Source: Neoechinorhynchus agilis
Lineage: Eukaryota > Animalia > Acanthocephala
NCBI GenBank assembly: GCA_051530055.1
Contig: CM121343.1
Location: 5,364,389-5,428,388, forward strand
Reading direction: 5' to 3'
Length of the DNA: 64,000 bases
Positions 63,567-64,000 of this stretch are shown here, piece by piece; position 1 is the first letter of the stretch, and each line of letters opens with the position of its first letter. The notes beneath the pieces were generated by a model, which saw only the letters and a list, made by a program, of their open reading frames with translations, was not told where the DNA came from and did not search any database. A program made the translations under genes and the position numbers.

Positions 63567-63887
63567 GTGATCACACTGCGATCAATACAGTTGAAGGCGT
63601 TTCGGAAGTCCCACTTCAGCACAATACAGGACTCTGAACTGTTTGTGACAAAAGAGCGAAGTGCATTCACGACAGCTTCGGTTCCGCAAGGCGTACATCA
63701 ACCCAGTTGTATTGGGCGGAAAAGTTCGCCGAGATCCAATAGCGATGGGACGAATCCTACCGTCTTTCTTTTTAAGGGCACAGAGTGAAGCACCGAAAAA
63801 CAATTGAATTGCGACGGGAGGCAATTCGTCACCAACGAACAGATCAACGAGGTGGGTCAACCTTTCACCCACGGAGAAGGACAGCAT
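63567..63887 (-). mobile_element. CRE-clade non-LTR retrotransposon RT N-terminal fragment
   Basis: FFGASLCALKKKDGRIRPIAIG, and in another frame LKWDFRNAFNCIDRS. Confidence 0.8.
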
Positions 63888-64000
63888 GTTTCGAAATCAG
63901 CAATACCAACTGCGTTTACGCGCCGATATTTCCCTTAACTCTATATATTATTTTTTGATTGTTACACTTATAAAGAGCAAATCTTCCTTGACAAAACGTT

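Overview
Eukaryotic window from a compact, animal-type genome (standard code, mostly 35-65 nt GT-AG introns; the taxon cannot be determined from sequence alone). Host genes: a fused trehalose-6-P synthase/phosphatase (TPS-TPP) lacking its catalytic residues, Prickle, a NUAK-family kinase, mTOR, a phosphorylase kinase alpha 3' fragment, lipoyltransferase 1, a secreted EF-hand protein, an MRG15-family protein, Rad54, a minimal intersectin-like protein and a nine-PDZ NHERF/PDZK1-like scaffold. Between them are many mobile-element remnants: five CRE-clade non-LTR fragments, a near full-length RTE-like LINE, other LINE fragments, Penelope-like remnants, a MITE and a 1.15-kb hairpin minisatellite. 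Three observations stand out. (1) TA-flanked, inverted-repeat inserts interrupt conserved codons of mTOR (twice) and lipoyltransferase; homolog-length protein is restored only by precise, non-GT-AG removal, suggesting non-canonical introns or IES-like DNA excision. (2) Short head-to-head palindromic elements carry minimal hammerhead-ribozyme motifs on both strands, one family with an apparent U3-A8 core swap. (3) The TPS-TPP is a doubly dead pseudoenzyme of Bacteroidetes-like sequence type. All homology calls come from motif recognition by eye; no searches were run, and exon boundaries are manual.
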